Below, piece by piece: positions 7,323-17,585 of a stretch of 30,171 nucleotides of DNA. This DNA is from a virus. Its lineage: Duplodnaviria; Caudoviricetes. Every line of letters begins with the position of its first letter. Position 1 is the first letter of the stretch. The position numbers were made by a program, and so were the translations under genes. The stretch spans positions 1 to 30,171 of the IMG/VR virus record IMGVR_UViG_3300012665_000565, one strand, 5' to 3'. A model generated the notes under the pieces. It was not told the origin of the DNA. It saw only the letters and a list, made by a program, of their open reading frames with translations, and made no database searches.

Positions 7323-9356
7323 TTATGGGGTATAGGGTGCTATACCGTTGTCGTCTATGAATACTGTTGAAGCATTAGTGCCATCGCAATGCAATAACAA
7401 TAAAGTGCTGGCATCATTTTGGAATGGTGCTGTAGGTGCTGTAAAGTTAGCAGTATATCGGGCTGTGTTTGAAATACGGATTTCATCTAGATAACCATTC
7501 CAACTAGTATTAGTGGTAGAAAAATAGAAACTACCAATATAGGCAATCGAGGGAGTAAAGTTATCACTAGAACTTAGTGTTACTGTAGATCCAATTTGTG
7601 TGCCATCAATGTAGTATTTCAGCGTAGTTGATGAATCACGAACTAAAGCAAAATGATGCCACGTAGTTGTGTCAATGCCTGTGTTTACTCCTGAACCAAC
7701 ACCGCCAACTAATTTATTGTTGAAAGCACCTGCTCGCCAATTGTTCTGATAGATGTTGATACCCCAATGTCCATTGCCTGAATCAATGTCTGCTATACCA
7801 GATATTTGACTGGTAGGCACTTTGAAGTTCATTAGATATTGATCCCCAGATGTAGTTGAAGAACGATACCAACCTTCAATGGTCCAATTGCCTGTGCCAA
7901 ATGCCAACCGGCTGGCTGGCAATACCACATAATCACCAGTGGCATCAAATACTGCCGAGGATCCGCCAAATTTACTTTGTGTGGTTGAAATGGCAGCATT
8001 ACCAACGGCCTGCATTCCCATTGGGGATCTTTGAGCCCCATTGTCATCACGGAATACTGTGGCTGCATTAGTGCCATCTGCGTGAATTAACAATAAGGTA
8101 TTGGCGTCATTAACAAATGGTGTTGTGGCTGGTGTAAAGTTGGCGGTATAACGAGCGTTATTTGAAATACGAATTTCATCTTGGAAATGACTTGAACTAT
8201 TAGCACCAAAGTCTGGGCTATTAGCAGTTCCAATAGCCAGAGTCAACTGACTGGCAAAGGTAGAACTACTGCTATAGGTTCCAACGCTGGTTCCATTTTT
8301 GTATAATGTAAAGGTGCTGCCACTTCTAACCAATGCACAATGCGTCCAAGTGTTTAATGATATAGTGCCTGCTTCTTGAATAAGAAAGCCACCGCTTGCA
8401 TACCAAGTGAGTTTCTGACTAACCTGTAATATGTTTAGAGCAAAACTATTACTACCGTTTCTTGAATCAATATATGTGGCATTGCTGGAACTGGTTTGAT
8501 AAAACCAAAACTCAACAGTTAAATCTCCAGATAATGCCCAAGTAGATGTTGAGTCTCCGTAGACTGCCAAATAATTTGTTCCGCTGAAAGATGCACTAGT
8601 TCCACCAAACTTTGATTGTGTTGTTGATGTGCTTGCACCTGAAGACACAATACTTCGCTGTGCTCTAACACCGTTGTCATCTTCAAAGAATGTTGAAGCG
8701 TCTGTGCCATTAGCGTGTATCAACAATAAGGTGTTAGCATCATTAACAAATGGTGTGGTTGAAGGTGTAAAACCTGAAGTATAACGAGCAGAACTGGAAA
8801 TGCGGATTTCATCTAAATGACCATTGTAATCATCACCAAGACTACTATTAACACCAATCCATAAATCGCCACTATTACCAAATGTTGTTGCACCTGCTGA
8901 ATTAGTAGCACGGCTGGTTCCATCAATATAGATAGTTGTGGTTCCGCCACTACGAACTATTGCAATGTGATACCAAGTATTAGAACTTAACAATACACCA
9001 GTTTGTGCATCATAGGTTCCGCTGCCATATAAATTGACTGATATTCTTTCAAAATATTGATCTATGCTATATCTACCAGAGGCTTCATTACCAAATTGAA
9101 ATAATTTTTTATTTCCTGACACATTGCTAGGTCTCATCCACCATTCAACAGTAAAATCACCTGTAAATGTAATGCCTGGTGAAACTTTGAGATAGTCATC
9201 AGTGCCATCAAACAATGCTGATGAACCACCAAATTTACTCTGTGCAGTATCTACTTGTGCATTGCCAAATGCTACAATACCTTTTTTCTGGCGAATTACT
9301 TCAGCCACTGTGGCAACAGTAAAACTGGCTCCAACCAATGAACATAGAATACTCAT
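7323..9356 (-). CDS. Receptor-binding/lectin protein with three tandem LamG domains
   Basis: Three repeats of 'QSKFGG.S..F...T(V/I)E.W...W.H.A.VR...DEIRIS..ARYT..FT..T.PF.NDA.TLLL.H'. Confidence 0.85.
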   Translation of the reverse strand: MSILCSLVGASFTVATVAEVIRQKKGIVAFGNAQVDTAQSKFGGSSALFDGTDDYLKVSPGITFTGDFTVEWWMRPSNVSGNKKLFQFGNEASGRYSIDQYFERISVNLYGSGTYDAQTGVLLSSNTWYHIAIVRSGGTTTIYIDGTSRATNSAGATTFGNSGDLWIGVNSSLGDDYNGHLDEIRISSSARYTSGFTPSTTPFVNDANTLLLIHANGTDASTFFEDDNGVRAQRSIVSSGASTSTTQSKFGGTSASFSGTNYLAVYGDSTSTWALSGDLTVEFWFYQTSSSNATYIDSRNGSNSFALNILQVSQKLTWYASGGFLIQEAGTISLNTWTHCALVRSGSTFTLYKNGTSVGTYSSSSTFASQLTLAIGTANSPDFGANSSSHFQDEIRISNNARYTANFTPATTPFVNDANTLLLIHADGTNAATVFRDDNGAQRSPMGMQAVGNAAISTTQSKFGGSSAVFDATGDYVVLPASRLAFGTGNWTIEGWYRSSTTSGDQYLMNFKVPTSQISGIADIDSGNGHWGINIYQNNWRAGAFNNKLVGGVGSGVNTGIDTTTWHHFALVRDSSTTLKYYIDGTQIGSTVTLSSSDNFTPSIAYIGSFYFSTTNTSWNGYLDEIRISNTARYTANFTAPTAPFQNDASTLLLLHCDGTNASTVFIDDNGIAPYTP

Positions 9357-10984
9357 TACGATATATTTCCTGTTAGAATTGCTACTGTTGAACTAATGAA
9401 TAAAATATTGCAAACACCTCGAGTGGCTAATGATACCGAAGTCTTGTTGGTATTAGTGCCTGCAATGTAGGCATTGCTAGTTGACAGAGTAATTGTGATT
9501 GCGGCTGTGTGATTGTTGTAGATAACCACAACATCACCTGCTGAAAATGTTGAGTTAGGAACAGTAATTGAACCACCGCTGCCTACCTGCACAAATTCTG
9601 CTCTATCACTAGTAGTCAATGTGTATGAAGTAGTTTTTTCACTACCAGCACTTGGAATGCTTCTAAAGCCTACGCTGTTAGTTCCATCTACTGTGCAATT
9701 TGATAAATTACCACTTGTTGGTGTGCCTAATATTGGAGTAGTTAATGTTGGGCTTGTGTCTAAAACAACATTGCCGCTGCCTGTGGTTGATGCGGAACTT
9801 GCAGATGTTAATCTACCTTGTGCATCAACCGTAAATGAACCTATGGTATATGATGCCGCTGTCACAGCGGTGTTGGCTAAAGAAATAGTAGGAGTTGTTG
9901 TGCCTGAAACTGAAATGCCTGTGCCGTTGGTAATTGATGTTACTGGGGCTGTGCCTGAACTTGCAGATGTTAATCTACCTTGTGCATCTACGGTAATACT
10001 AGCATTGGTGTATGAACCCGCTGATACTGCTGTGTTAGCAATAGCCACTGCACCATTGGTAATTGATATACCTGTGCTGGCTGAAAATGCATCGCGGGCT
10101 CGCTGTGTGGTAAAGTAAAGATTAGTTGAACCTTCAGTTACAGAATCAGTGCTCCCCGGACTGGCTGAAATCTCAACATAAGAACTGCCACTCCAACGAT
10201 AAATTTTGTTGTTGTCTAGTGTTACATATATCTTGCTTGTTTCGCCTGTGCCTGGTAGTGCGGCAAAGTTTGCGGCTTCTACTACATCGTCAACATAACT
10301 TGGTAATTGTGCCGAAGCAATTTTACCACTTGAATCAAGTCCGGCATAACCGTTGTTTTGATTCTTTGCTGAAATAACTTCTAATCCTGAAAAACTTGGA
10401 CCTGTGTAGGTAATAACACCTGAACCACTGTCATAACTTAGACTGCCTTCTCCACCTGCATCAGTAACCGAAATGGCTGAACGTGCATTTGAATCCGCAT
10501 ACTGAGTAATGCTAGTAGCAACAGTAATGGTATCTGCGTCAGTTCTAGTTAGACTAATGCCTGTGCCGTTGGCTAACTTAACATTGTCTGTGGAACTATC
10601 GCTGCCTGTTAATCTTAGATTAACACCACCTGTGGCAGTTTCTGCGGATATTCCGTATGTGGTATTTGTATCATTATCAGTGCCGCTGGCAGCACTGGTT
10701 ATACGACCTTGAGCATCAACAGTAATATTGGCATTGGTATAAGAACCTGCAGTTACTGCTGTGTTGTCAAGATTTAATGTTACGGTTTTAGTTGAAGCAA
10801 CACTGGTAATACCTATTCCACCAGCAACGGTAACCGTGTCGTTTAAGTCAATGGCTTGTGAAGTGCCACTATCCGCGGCTACGGTAACAGTAGCATCGCG
10901 AAGGTTGGTAAAGTTTGCATCACCTTCAACGAATGTGAGTGCTGAGCCTTTGCCTGCTCTGGTTACTATTACTGGCTTTGTCAT
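9356..10984 (-). CDS. Tail fibre shaft protein
   Basis: T/S/G-rich; three 'NTAV.A.SYT....TVDAQGR.TSA' repeats; 'GKIASAQLPSYVDDVVE' fibre motif. Confidence 0.8.
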   Translation of the reverse strand: MTKPVIVTRAGKGSALTFVEGDANFTNLRDATVTVAADSGTSQAIDLNDTVTVAGGIGITSVASTKTVTLNLDNTAVTAGSYTNANITVDAQGRITSAASGTDNDTNTTYGISAETATGGVNLRLTGSDSSTDNVKLANGTGISLTRTDADTITVATSITQYADSNARSAISVTDAGGEGSLSYDSGSGVITYTGPSFSGLEVISAKNQNNGYAGLDSSGKIASAQLPSYVDDVVEAANFAALPGTGETSKIYVTLDNNKIYRWSGSSYVEISASPGSTDSVTEGSTNLYFTTQRARDAFSASTGISITNGAVAIANTAVSAGSYTNASITVDAQGRLTSASSGTAPVTSITNGTGISVSGTTTPTISLANTAVTAASYTIGSFTVDAQGRLTSASSASTTGSGNVVLDTSPTLTTPILGTPTSGNLSNCTVDGTNSVGFRSIPSAGSEKTTSYTLTTSDRAEFVQVGSGGSITVPNSTFSAGDVVVIYNNHTAAITITLSTSNAYIAGTNTNKTSVSLATRGVCNILFISSTVAILTGNIS

Positions 10985-11007
10985 TTATAATTCCTTTTAT
11001 CTTTAAT

Positions 11008-11040
11008 AAAAAGGCACCAGAGATTTTATCTGAGGTGCCT
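11008..11040 (-). terminator. Intra-operon terminator/attenuator
   Basis: AGGCACC...GGTGCCT stem followed by TTTTATT. Confidence 0.7.
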
Positions 11041-11059
11041 ATACTTCGTTAGGCTTAGA

Positions 11060-11479
11060 TTAAGCCAACGATACGGTTAAATTACCGCTAGATACTTGGA
11101 ATGTATCGCCAGTTTCAATTGTTTTGCTAGTTGTCACTGCACCCCAGAATAATACATTGCCAGCACCTGCTGTGCCGCCGTCCATAACTGCCACATGAGT
11201 GATTGTGCCCCAGTTTGCAGTAGCCGCATCAAATGTTACAGTTGCGTTAGTAGCACTTGTTCCGCTGGATGCGGCAGCAAATGTCACTGCTTTGCGACTA
11301 TAAGCACTCGATGAAGTTGTAACTTCGTCTGTTAGTGTTCCTGCTTCTAGGTTGGCTGCGGCATTGCCACTACCATTAGTGAATAGAGCCAAATAACGTG
11401 TAGTTGGTGCTGTGTATGATGTAGATGTTAGAACGTGGTCCAACACTTTATTTTCTAAATAATTACTTGCGGCTGACAT
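11060..11479 (-). CDS. Small fibre subunit (139 aa; GP4 gp80-like 'bead')
   Basis: ATG at 11479 after AAGGAG; 'SNYLENKVLDH...YLALFT...EV...YSRKAVTF...N.TVTF..AT.NWGTITH...D...GNVLF.G....KTI..GD.F' pattern. Confidence 0.7.
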   Translation of the reverse strand: MSAASNYLENKVLDHVLTSTSYTAPTTRYLALFTNGSGNAAANLEAGTLTDEVTTSSSAYSRKAVTFAAASSGTSATNATVTFDAATANWGTITHVAVMDGGTAGAGNVLFWGAVTTSKTIETGDTFQVSSGNLTVSLA

Positions 11480-11544
11480 ATGAATCTCCTTGTGATAAGT
11501 TGTCGTTTGCTTTGAAACAGACAACCTATCGTTGTCTGTATCAA

Positions 11545-11552
11545 TATTTATA
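11545..11552 (-). promoter_or_regulatory. T4-type late promoter TATAAATA for the fibre module
   Basis: Exact T4 late consensus; a 9-bp hairpin (11517-11539) begins 6 nt downstream. Confidence 0.7.
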
Positions 11553-11600
11553 GAAAACCTTAATAAACCTATTTAAAAGTTAAAAAAAGGCAAAAAAAGA

Positions 11601-13466
11601 TTAGTAACCGTAAAAGGTTGTAGCGGTGCCTGTAATAATTCCATTAGGAGCCACTGAATTAAAACTAGTTATGATTCTAACAGGAAATCCTGCGGCGTTT
11701 ACACTGGATGCTGCAACGGTAGCAGTAGAAGTTACTGAAATAGTTGAAGGATTGCCTTTGGTAACGCTAACAGCAGTAGGAACTGTGGCTGTGGCTTCTC
11801 CTGCCTGAGGAACCGGTAAGTTTACATAGTCTTTAACCGTCATTGATTTTAATTGATTATCAGTGCCATCAAACACACCACACCAAATTGCAGGAACTTG
11901 AATATATACGCAGTTGGTGTCAGATGGCGGAGTTGGTGGTGCTGTATCATTGTCTAATACCGTAATACTAATTGTTCTTGTGCCTATGGTATTACAATAA
12001 TCGGCTGCTCCTGGCTCAACTTCTATGGTTAGTCCTTGTGTGCCTTGATAGATTGCATCATCGGTGGTATTAATTACTAGTGTGCCTGTCCCCCCAGTAA
12101 CTGATATATTGCCCGTCAACGCTGTGGTGACTTTACCTGTAGCAGTTCCTGTAATAACATATGGCACTGATGCAGTGGCTTTAGATCCTGTAGCAGTTAG
12201 AGTAATTGTTACTGATCCACCTTCTGTTATGCTAGCATTACTGCGTGATAATGAATAGGTATAATCTGTGGCTTCTCTAATGGTTACTGTAGTAGTTTGA
12301 CTTCCAATAGTAATAGTGGCTGTTTCAGCGCCTTCTACGCTGCCATCCGATACTGCGGTAAATGTTAAGGATCCTGAACCATTAGTTACGGTTACATTAC
12401 CTGTTAATGGAATGCTGATATCGCCTGCACTAACACCAGTAATTGAATACGGATAATTAAATGGCGGAATATCAAATAAACAACTAGTGCAGGTGTGTCC
12501 TACGGTAATTGTTACACTTTGTCCTTCACAGCAATTTTCTTTAGATCTTGTTATAGTTTCTAATGCGGGTTTTTTAGCACCGGCTAATAGTTTATCTAAT
12601 TCTTCGGCAGAAGTATCAGAAGGCTTAGTTTGACGCCCATATATAGGATTACCATTAGCGTCTGTGCCAGTTTGCACACGCCCAAATAATTTATTCAATA
12701 AACTATTGGCAATGCCTAATCCTATATTGGCAGCAATCATACGCCCAATACTACCTGCTACTCCGGCATCTTCTAATTGTTGAATAGTTTCGTTTTGTTG
12801 TTTAAGAAGAATACCTGTTTTTTTAGTTTTTTCTTTGTAAACAAGATTTGAGATGTTATAGACATTAGCATCATATTCTCTAGCAGTAATATTGATACCT
12901 ATAACATCTTCATCTACTTCTTCTAATTTTGTTACACGAAATAGTTTACTCGAATAGCCATACATTGTGCTGGTAACTGCAATTAAATCACCTGCTTTTA
13001 ATCCTAAACTAGTATAATCAGTGGTAAATGTTATTATTTTGTTTAATCTGGTTTGATTTAATTCAACCCCAGCAATATATTGTGCTTGGACAGGATCATT
13101 AATTAAATTTGTTTGAATCTGTAATGGATTATCTATTTCATTAGGAAATCTGCTGCCTTCGGGAATAACCAGTTCAATAAAATCAGTTTGATCTCTTAGA
13201 TTTTTGTGAGGAAACTCCATACTAACACTATTATAAAGTTCACTAACTCCTGACTCTGTAACCGTTATGTTTCCTATGATATTAGTATTATTATAACTTT
13301 TTACACTTGTGCCTGTGGTATTAATAACCACTGCCCATTTACCTTGACTAACATCAAAGGTTAGAAATGCCCCGCAGGCTGTGCAGATATCATTTAAATT
13401 TTGTAAAACAGTTTTATCAGTTGAAATAACGCCGTTAATTTTTAATGGTTGATATACGGTTGGCAT
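11601..13466 (-). CDS. Tail tip/hub protein C-terminal part with Ig/Calx-beta-like domains
   Basis: 'INGVISTDKTVLQNL...GKW.VVI...YNSV..EFP...L..GDLI.VT...FRV' hub pattern, then two 'EG.SVTIT...PY.ITG' domains. Confidence 0.75.
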   Translation of the reverse strand: MPTVYQPLKINGVISTDKTVLQNLNDICTACGAFLTFDVSQGKWAVVINTTGTSVKSYNNTNIIGNITVTESGVSELYNSVSMEFPHKNLRDQTDFIELVIPEGSRFPNEIDNPLQIQTNLINDPVQAQYIAGVELNQTRLNKIITFTTDYTSLGLKAGDLIAVTSTMYGYSSKLFRVTKLEEVDEDVIGINITAREYDANVYNISNLVYKEKTKKTGILLKQQNETIQQLEDAGVAGSIGRMIAANIGLGIANSLLNKLFGRVQTGTDANGNPIYGRQTKPSDTSAEELDKLLAGAKKPALETITRSKENCCEGQSVTITVGHTCTSCLFDIPPFNYPYSITGVSAGDISIPLTGNVTVTNGSGSLTFTAVSDGSVEGAETATITIGSQTTTVTIREATDYTYSLSRSNASITEGGSVTITLTATGSKATASVPYVITGTATGKVTTALTGNISVTGGTGTLVINTTDDAIYQGTQGLTIEVEPGAADYCNTIGTRTISITVLDNDTAPPTPPSDTNCVYIQVPAIWCGVFDGTDNQLKSMTVKDYVNLPVPQAGEATATVPTAVSVTKGNPSTISVTSTATVAASSVNAAGFPVRIITSFNSVAPNGIITGTATTFYGY

Positions 13467-13475
13467 ATTATTTCC

Positions 13476-15845
13476 TCATCTTGATGTAATATTAATTTTT
13501 ACAACACCCGAATAGCCGTTTCCGCCAGCATAGGAAGCAAATCCGCCTCCGCCTCCGCCACCGTGGTATAAAACAGGATTGTTTGATGTTGTGTAATTTG
13601 CTGGCAATGAAGGGCTTGCGCCGGCATTATTAAAAGATCCAGCACCTCGATTAGGACTTCCGCCACCACCACCACCTGATCCCCAATAACTATTAGGTCC
13701 ATTGGGTTCGTCAGCACCATATTGTCCTCTACCGCCTACAGTTCCAGTTCCGCTTGCAGAAGTTTGTCCGTTGATAGTGTAATGCCCACCACCACCACCA
13801 CCATTTCTTCCACCTAGGTTATTATTAATAGTTGATTGTGATCCACCCGAACTTCCATTATTATCGTTGGTTAATCCAATTTGAGGTCCGCTTGTTCCAC
13901 CCGATCCACCCGAATTCGATCTAAATCCGCCACCGCCGCCGGATATTGAATATCCAAAAGCACTTGTAGTGCCTCCCGAGGATCCATTACTGCCTGATAT
14001 CCCATCAACAACAGCAGTTCCTCCGCCTGCTCCGCCTGCACCAACAATAATTTCATAGGTAGTATCTGAAAATAAAATATCAGTGGTTACATATCTAACG
14101 CCACCACCACCGCCGCCACCACCACCCGAGGCGCCTGCTGGTCCGCCGCCGCCGCCACCACCACCTACCATTAGCATTGTATCTATTTTACCATATAATA
14201 AATCCGCTATGTCTGGTTTGTATGTTTGACTATAGGTAAAGATTATACTGCGGGCATTATTGTAGGTTCCCGAACTTCCAATTAATGCCACAGTCTGATT
14301 TACCTGTTGAACACCATTCTTAAATTGTGTGTAGGTAAATGTAGTATTGGCGCTAACTCCCACATTTGGATAAAATGTTATTTTTTGAAATAATCCATTA
14401 ATATAATCTTTAGTTCCTGTTATTGATAAAGAATTAGTGGGAGAATCAATTCCTGCTACAAAAGGACTATAATTATTAGCAATATTCCATTTACCTTGAG
14501 CACAATCGACTATTACGGTATAGTTTGGATTGGTTGCATCATTATCACTAATTTGAGGTGTTGTTGATGAAAATATTAAATTATAATTATTTGCTGTATA
14601 ATTTCTATTTAGGTTCATATTAACTATTTCTGTATCTGCACTACCAATTAATGCAACCTGTATTTTAGAAGCCGTGTCAGCACGAGGTGTGGTTAACTCG
14701 TATTGCAAATTAAAATTGCTTTGAAAGTCAATACCGGGTGTTATTGTTATATATGAAAGTCTTCCATTAATTTCGCTACGTGTTCCTTGGATTGAAATTA
14801 CCTTAGTGCTGTTATTAAATGATACAGTGCCTCCTGATCCAGCAAACACAACAGAATTAATTGCAGATACTGTGCTAGGTGTTATTGTATAAAAATAATT
14901 GCCTGTGCCATCGTATGGGACATCGGTAATCTGTGGAGCACCGGTTAATAAAAATGCAGTATCTTCAGTGTAATAAATTGTAGGTTCAGTAACAGATCCT
15001 AATCTAGCCAGTCCTTGACTGATTAAAGTTTGTGTTCGTGTGTCAGTAACAGCATTAACATTATTTGATACAAAATAACTTAAAACAAAATCTACTGCAT
15101 TGGCATTAGAAGTAATGCTTAACCCTTGTAATCTGTTATTAACTTGACTACGTGTTCCAGAAATAGTAATAACTTTAGTTGATGAATTAACACTAAAAGT
15201 TCCACCTACACCACTAGTAGTAAATGTATCAATTGATAATGTTGTGCTAGGTGTAACAGTTACACTCCAAGTTGCTCCAGGATATGCGGTATCTAAATTT
15301 CCTAATAGAGGAACACCAGATAATGTATTTGATGTTGATGTTTCATAGATAAACTGAGTAGAGGTCGTCCAAAAAATAATATTATTAACCGTAACTGCTG
15401 TGGTCCAACTTTTTGTTTGTGGACCTTCTTCAAGACTAAAATAAGAAATAGTTGAACTATATGTCCAACTTCCATAATAATCATCTGAAAAATCAATAGT
15501 AGGATTTTTTATTAAATCCCATTGCGATTTATCTTGAAATCCGGATATTATATATACACCGGTTGAAGGATTGGCAACTGAAACGCCCGTAGGTAAACTT
15601 GCCCAAGTAACCGTTGCGCCATTTAAATTGCTAACATCAATGGAATATGAAGGAATGCTTTGACTACCATTTAAAATTTCTGTTATGTCTATACCAATGC
15701 TGGCTGATAATGTAAAACCCCTATCAACACTTTGCGTTTGATTTGTTGGTATAGTTCTATCAAATAATACATTAGGCAATCTTTCGTCTTCATAGGTTAA
15801 TGTAAAACTACCTACAAATCCATTTAATTCTGTTAGGCTATTCAT
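13476..15845 (-). CDS. Tail-associated protein with repeated Ig/cadherin-like domains and a glycine-rich C-terminus
   Basis: Repeated 'GGT.S.N.STKVI.I.GTRS..N.RL' units; poly-Gly C-terminal domain. Confidence 0.7.
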   Translation of the reverse strand: MNSLTELNGFVGSFTLTYEDERLPNVLFDRTIPTNQTQSVDRGFTLSASIGIDITEILNGSQSIPSYSIDVSNLNGATVTWASLPTGVSVANPSTGVYIISGFQDKSQWDLIKNPTIDFSDDYYGSWTYSSTISYFSLEEGPQTKSWTTAVTVNNIIFWTTSTQFIYETSTSNTLSGVPLLGNLDTAYPGATWSVTVTPSTTLSIDTFTTSGVGGTFSVNSSTKVITISGTRSQVNNRLQGLSITSNANAVDFVLSYFVSNNVNAVTDTRTQTLISQGLARLGSVTEPTIYYTEDTAFLLTGAPQITDVPYDGTGNYFYTITPSTVSAINSVVFAGSGGTVSFNNSTKVISIQGTRSEINGRLSYITITPGIDFQSNFNLQYELTTPRADTASKIQVALIGSADTEIVNMNLNRNYTANNYNLIFSSTTPQISDNDATNPNYTVIVDCAQGKWNIANNYSPFVAGIDSPTNSLSITGTKDYINGLFQKITFYPNVGVSANTTFTYTQFKNGVQQVNQTVALIGSSGTYNNARSIIFTYSQTYKPDIADLLYGKIDTMLMVGGGGGGGGPAGASGGGGGGGGGVRYVTTDILFSDTTYEIIVGAGGAGGGTAVVDGISGSNGSSGGTTSAFGYSISGGGGGFRSNSGGSGGTSGPQIGLTNDNNGSSGGSQSTINNNLGGRNGGGGGGHYTINGQTSASGTGTVGGRGQYGADEPNGPNSYWGSGGGGGGSPNRGAGSFNNAGASPSLPANYTTSNNPVLYHGGGGGGGFASYAGGNGYSGVVKINITSR

Positions 15846-16624
15846 ACTGAATAAATCTCCTCATCCGTTAATCCTGCACCGTATCTAGTGCTCTTCATAT
15901 AATCGTTTAATACATCGCCAGGCAAAGTCATTGTATTAGTAATTTTAAATTCTAATTCGCCAAGACTAGTAACATTACGTTCTTTGTTGTATTCGACGCT
16001 GACAATGACAAATACTAATCCATCCATTGTATGCTGTGCTGTCCATCCTGGAAAAATACCATAGGCCCAAGGTAATGAACCATTAGTATAACCTATTGGC
16101 ACAGTTGGTGAACTACCACCGTTGTTATAACAATACATCTTGATAAATCCGTTCATTGATGTATCGGTGTTGCCATCTTCGTCTGTAGTTGATTGCACTG
16201 TGATACCATCAGACTGAAACAAAACTTCATTGGTATTAAGATAAATTTTATCAAAACTAATTACAGAATTAGTATTGTCGCTGAGTTTAACTCCTGTCTT
16301 TTCGCAGACAACCACAGCATACCACATTGTTTTACTGTCATCGCTTAATTTAGCATCAACAATTTTACCCTTAACATAGCCTGTGCCATAAACAACAGGA
16401 ATACTATTGTTGGTATCTGGTGACATTTGTTCGCGAACTAGTCTGTCTGGTTGACTTGTAGTAGCAGTCTGCGGAACACTATTTTGTTTGTTCATTGAAC
16501 TATTAACTTGATTAAGAATTAAGCCCAATGCTGCCGTTTTTGCTATTGTGGAGGCTAAACCACTACTAGACACACTCTTAAATAAAGAGGATGCCGAATC
16601 GCCTAAATCATCTAACCAACTCAT
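15842..16624 (-). CDS. Tail tip/hub protein N-terminal part
   Basis: IPVVYG and 'PGDVLNDYM.STRYGAGL' motifs of gpJ/Tal-like proteins. Confidence 0.75.
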   Translation of the reverse strand: MSWLDDLGDSASSLFKSVSSSGLASTIAKTAALGLILNQVNSSMNKQNSVPQTATTSQPDRLVREQMSPDTNNSIPVVYGTGYVKGKIVDAKLSDDSKTMWYAVVVCEKTGVKLSDNTNSVISFDKIYLNTNEVLFQSDGITVQSTTDEDGNTDTSMNGFIKMYCYNNGGSSPTVPIGYTNGSLPWAYGIFPGWTAQHTMDGLVFVIVSVEYNKERNVTSLGELEFKITNTMTLPGDVLNDYMKSTRYGAGLTDEEIYSV

Positions 16625-17202
16625 TTTTTGGCTCCAAAATCAAAATAACTGCTTTCAATAGCAGTAACTCTATCCATTGAAACATCGTTAGGATAAAATT
16701 TTCTTTGGCTTTCGCCGTTGGTTTTTCTTCCTGATATTTTGTTAGAAAGAACATCAACATTGCTGGCACAACTTAAAATAATTGTGTTTAAACTTGTTCT
16801 TGTATCAATATCATATTCTTCTTCTAAGGCAATGTTATTAACATAACCCTTAAATCTTAAAATAGGATTGCCAGTAACAGCACTTAGGAATGCGTTTGTT
16901 GAGGCATTGTATAAACCTCTTAATACCTGTATGTTACTACCTTTGATATTGCTGTCAACAATATCTGATATCGCACTATCTGGCACACCCGAAATTGCTA
17001 TGGTTAATTCTTGTCCGCTGGATCTAAGTTCGCTATTGGTGCCAGATATGTTTAATAATTGTCCTAAACCGACATAGGTGTCGCCAGAAATTGTAGTTGA
17101 TTCTAATCTGTCAGAAAACAATAATGAACTGCTTTCTAGAGTAATTTTAACAAATAGATTACTTTGAATGGAAGTGTAACTGGTTAGACTTAATACTGCC
17201 AT
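16621..17202 (-). CDS. Minor tail (hub/gpL-like) protein
   Basis: Position after Dit; 'Y.GLG.LL.IS...EL.....LTI.ISG...F.GYV...R.TN..SQ..FYP.D' pattern. Confidence 0.7.
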   Translation of the reverse strand: MAVLSLTSYTSIQSNLFVKITLESSSLLFSDRLESTTISGDTYVGLGQLLNISGTNSELRSSGQELTIAISGVPDSAISDIVDSNIKGSNIQVLRGLYNASTNAFLSAVTGNPILRFKGYVNNIALEEEYDIDTRTSLNTIILSCASNVDVLSNKISGRKTNGESQRKFYPNDVSMDRVTAIESSYFDFGAKK

Positions 17203-17585
17203 TATACTACTACCTCAACAAAAACAAATGCACCACTCCAACTAACTTGATCTCTAGCAAAAATAGTCCATTCGGGAAATTCTATACATCTCACAGTATA
17301 ACTATCGTTACTACCTGGTGCTGTGTTACCATAATACCAAGGAAATTTAGCATAGGGAATTGTAATAACCGCGCTAGTTATTCTATCCAATGCTTCAGCA
17401 GCAGCAATGTCGGATCTAATAACACTCCATAGCATACCATCAGGTAATTTAACCGTAAATCGCTTAGGTTGTGTGCCTCGACTAACTGCGCGAACGCCGC
17501 CGTCTCTGGCAGTAGTAGTAGCAACCATATTTTTTCTATTAATGCTTAATGTTTCTGCTTTATCAATAATCCATTGAAAACTCAT
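17202..17585 (-). CDS. Distal tail protein (Dit-like)
   Basis: 127-aa gene coupled directly after the tape measure. Confidence 0.6.
   Translation of the reverse strand: MSFQWIIDKAETLSINRKNMVATTTARDGGVRAVSRGTQPKRFTVKLPDGMLWSVIRSDIAAAEALDRITSAVITIPYAKFPWYYGNTAPGSNDSYTVRCIEFPEWTIFARDQVSWSGAFVFVEVVV

Noticed and set aside
9621-12258. Plus-strand ORFs (e.g. 9621..10118, 10509..10712, 11626..11808, 12064..12258)
   Set aside because: These are antisense shadows of Thr/Ser/Gly-rich fibre genes with no SD. The same applies to the other plus-strand ORFs in the track.
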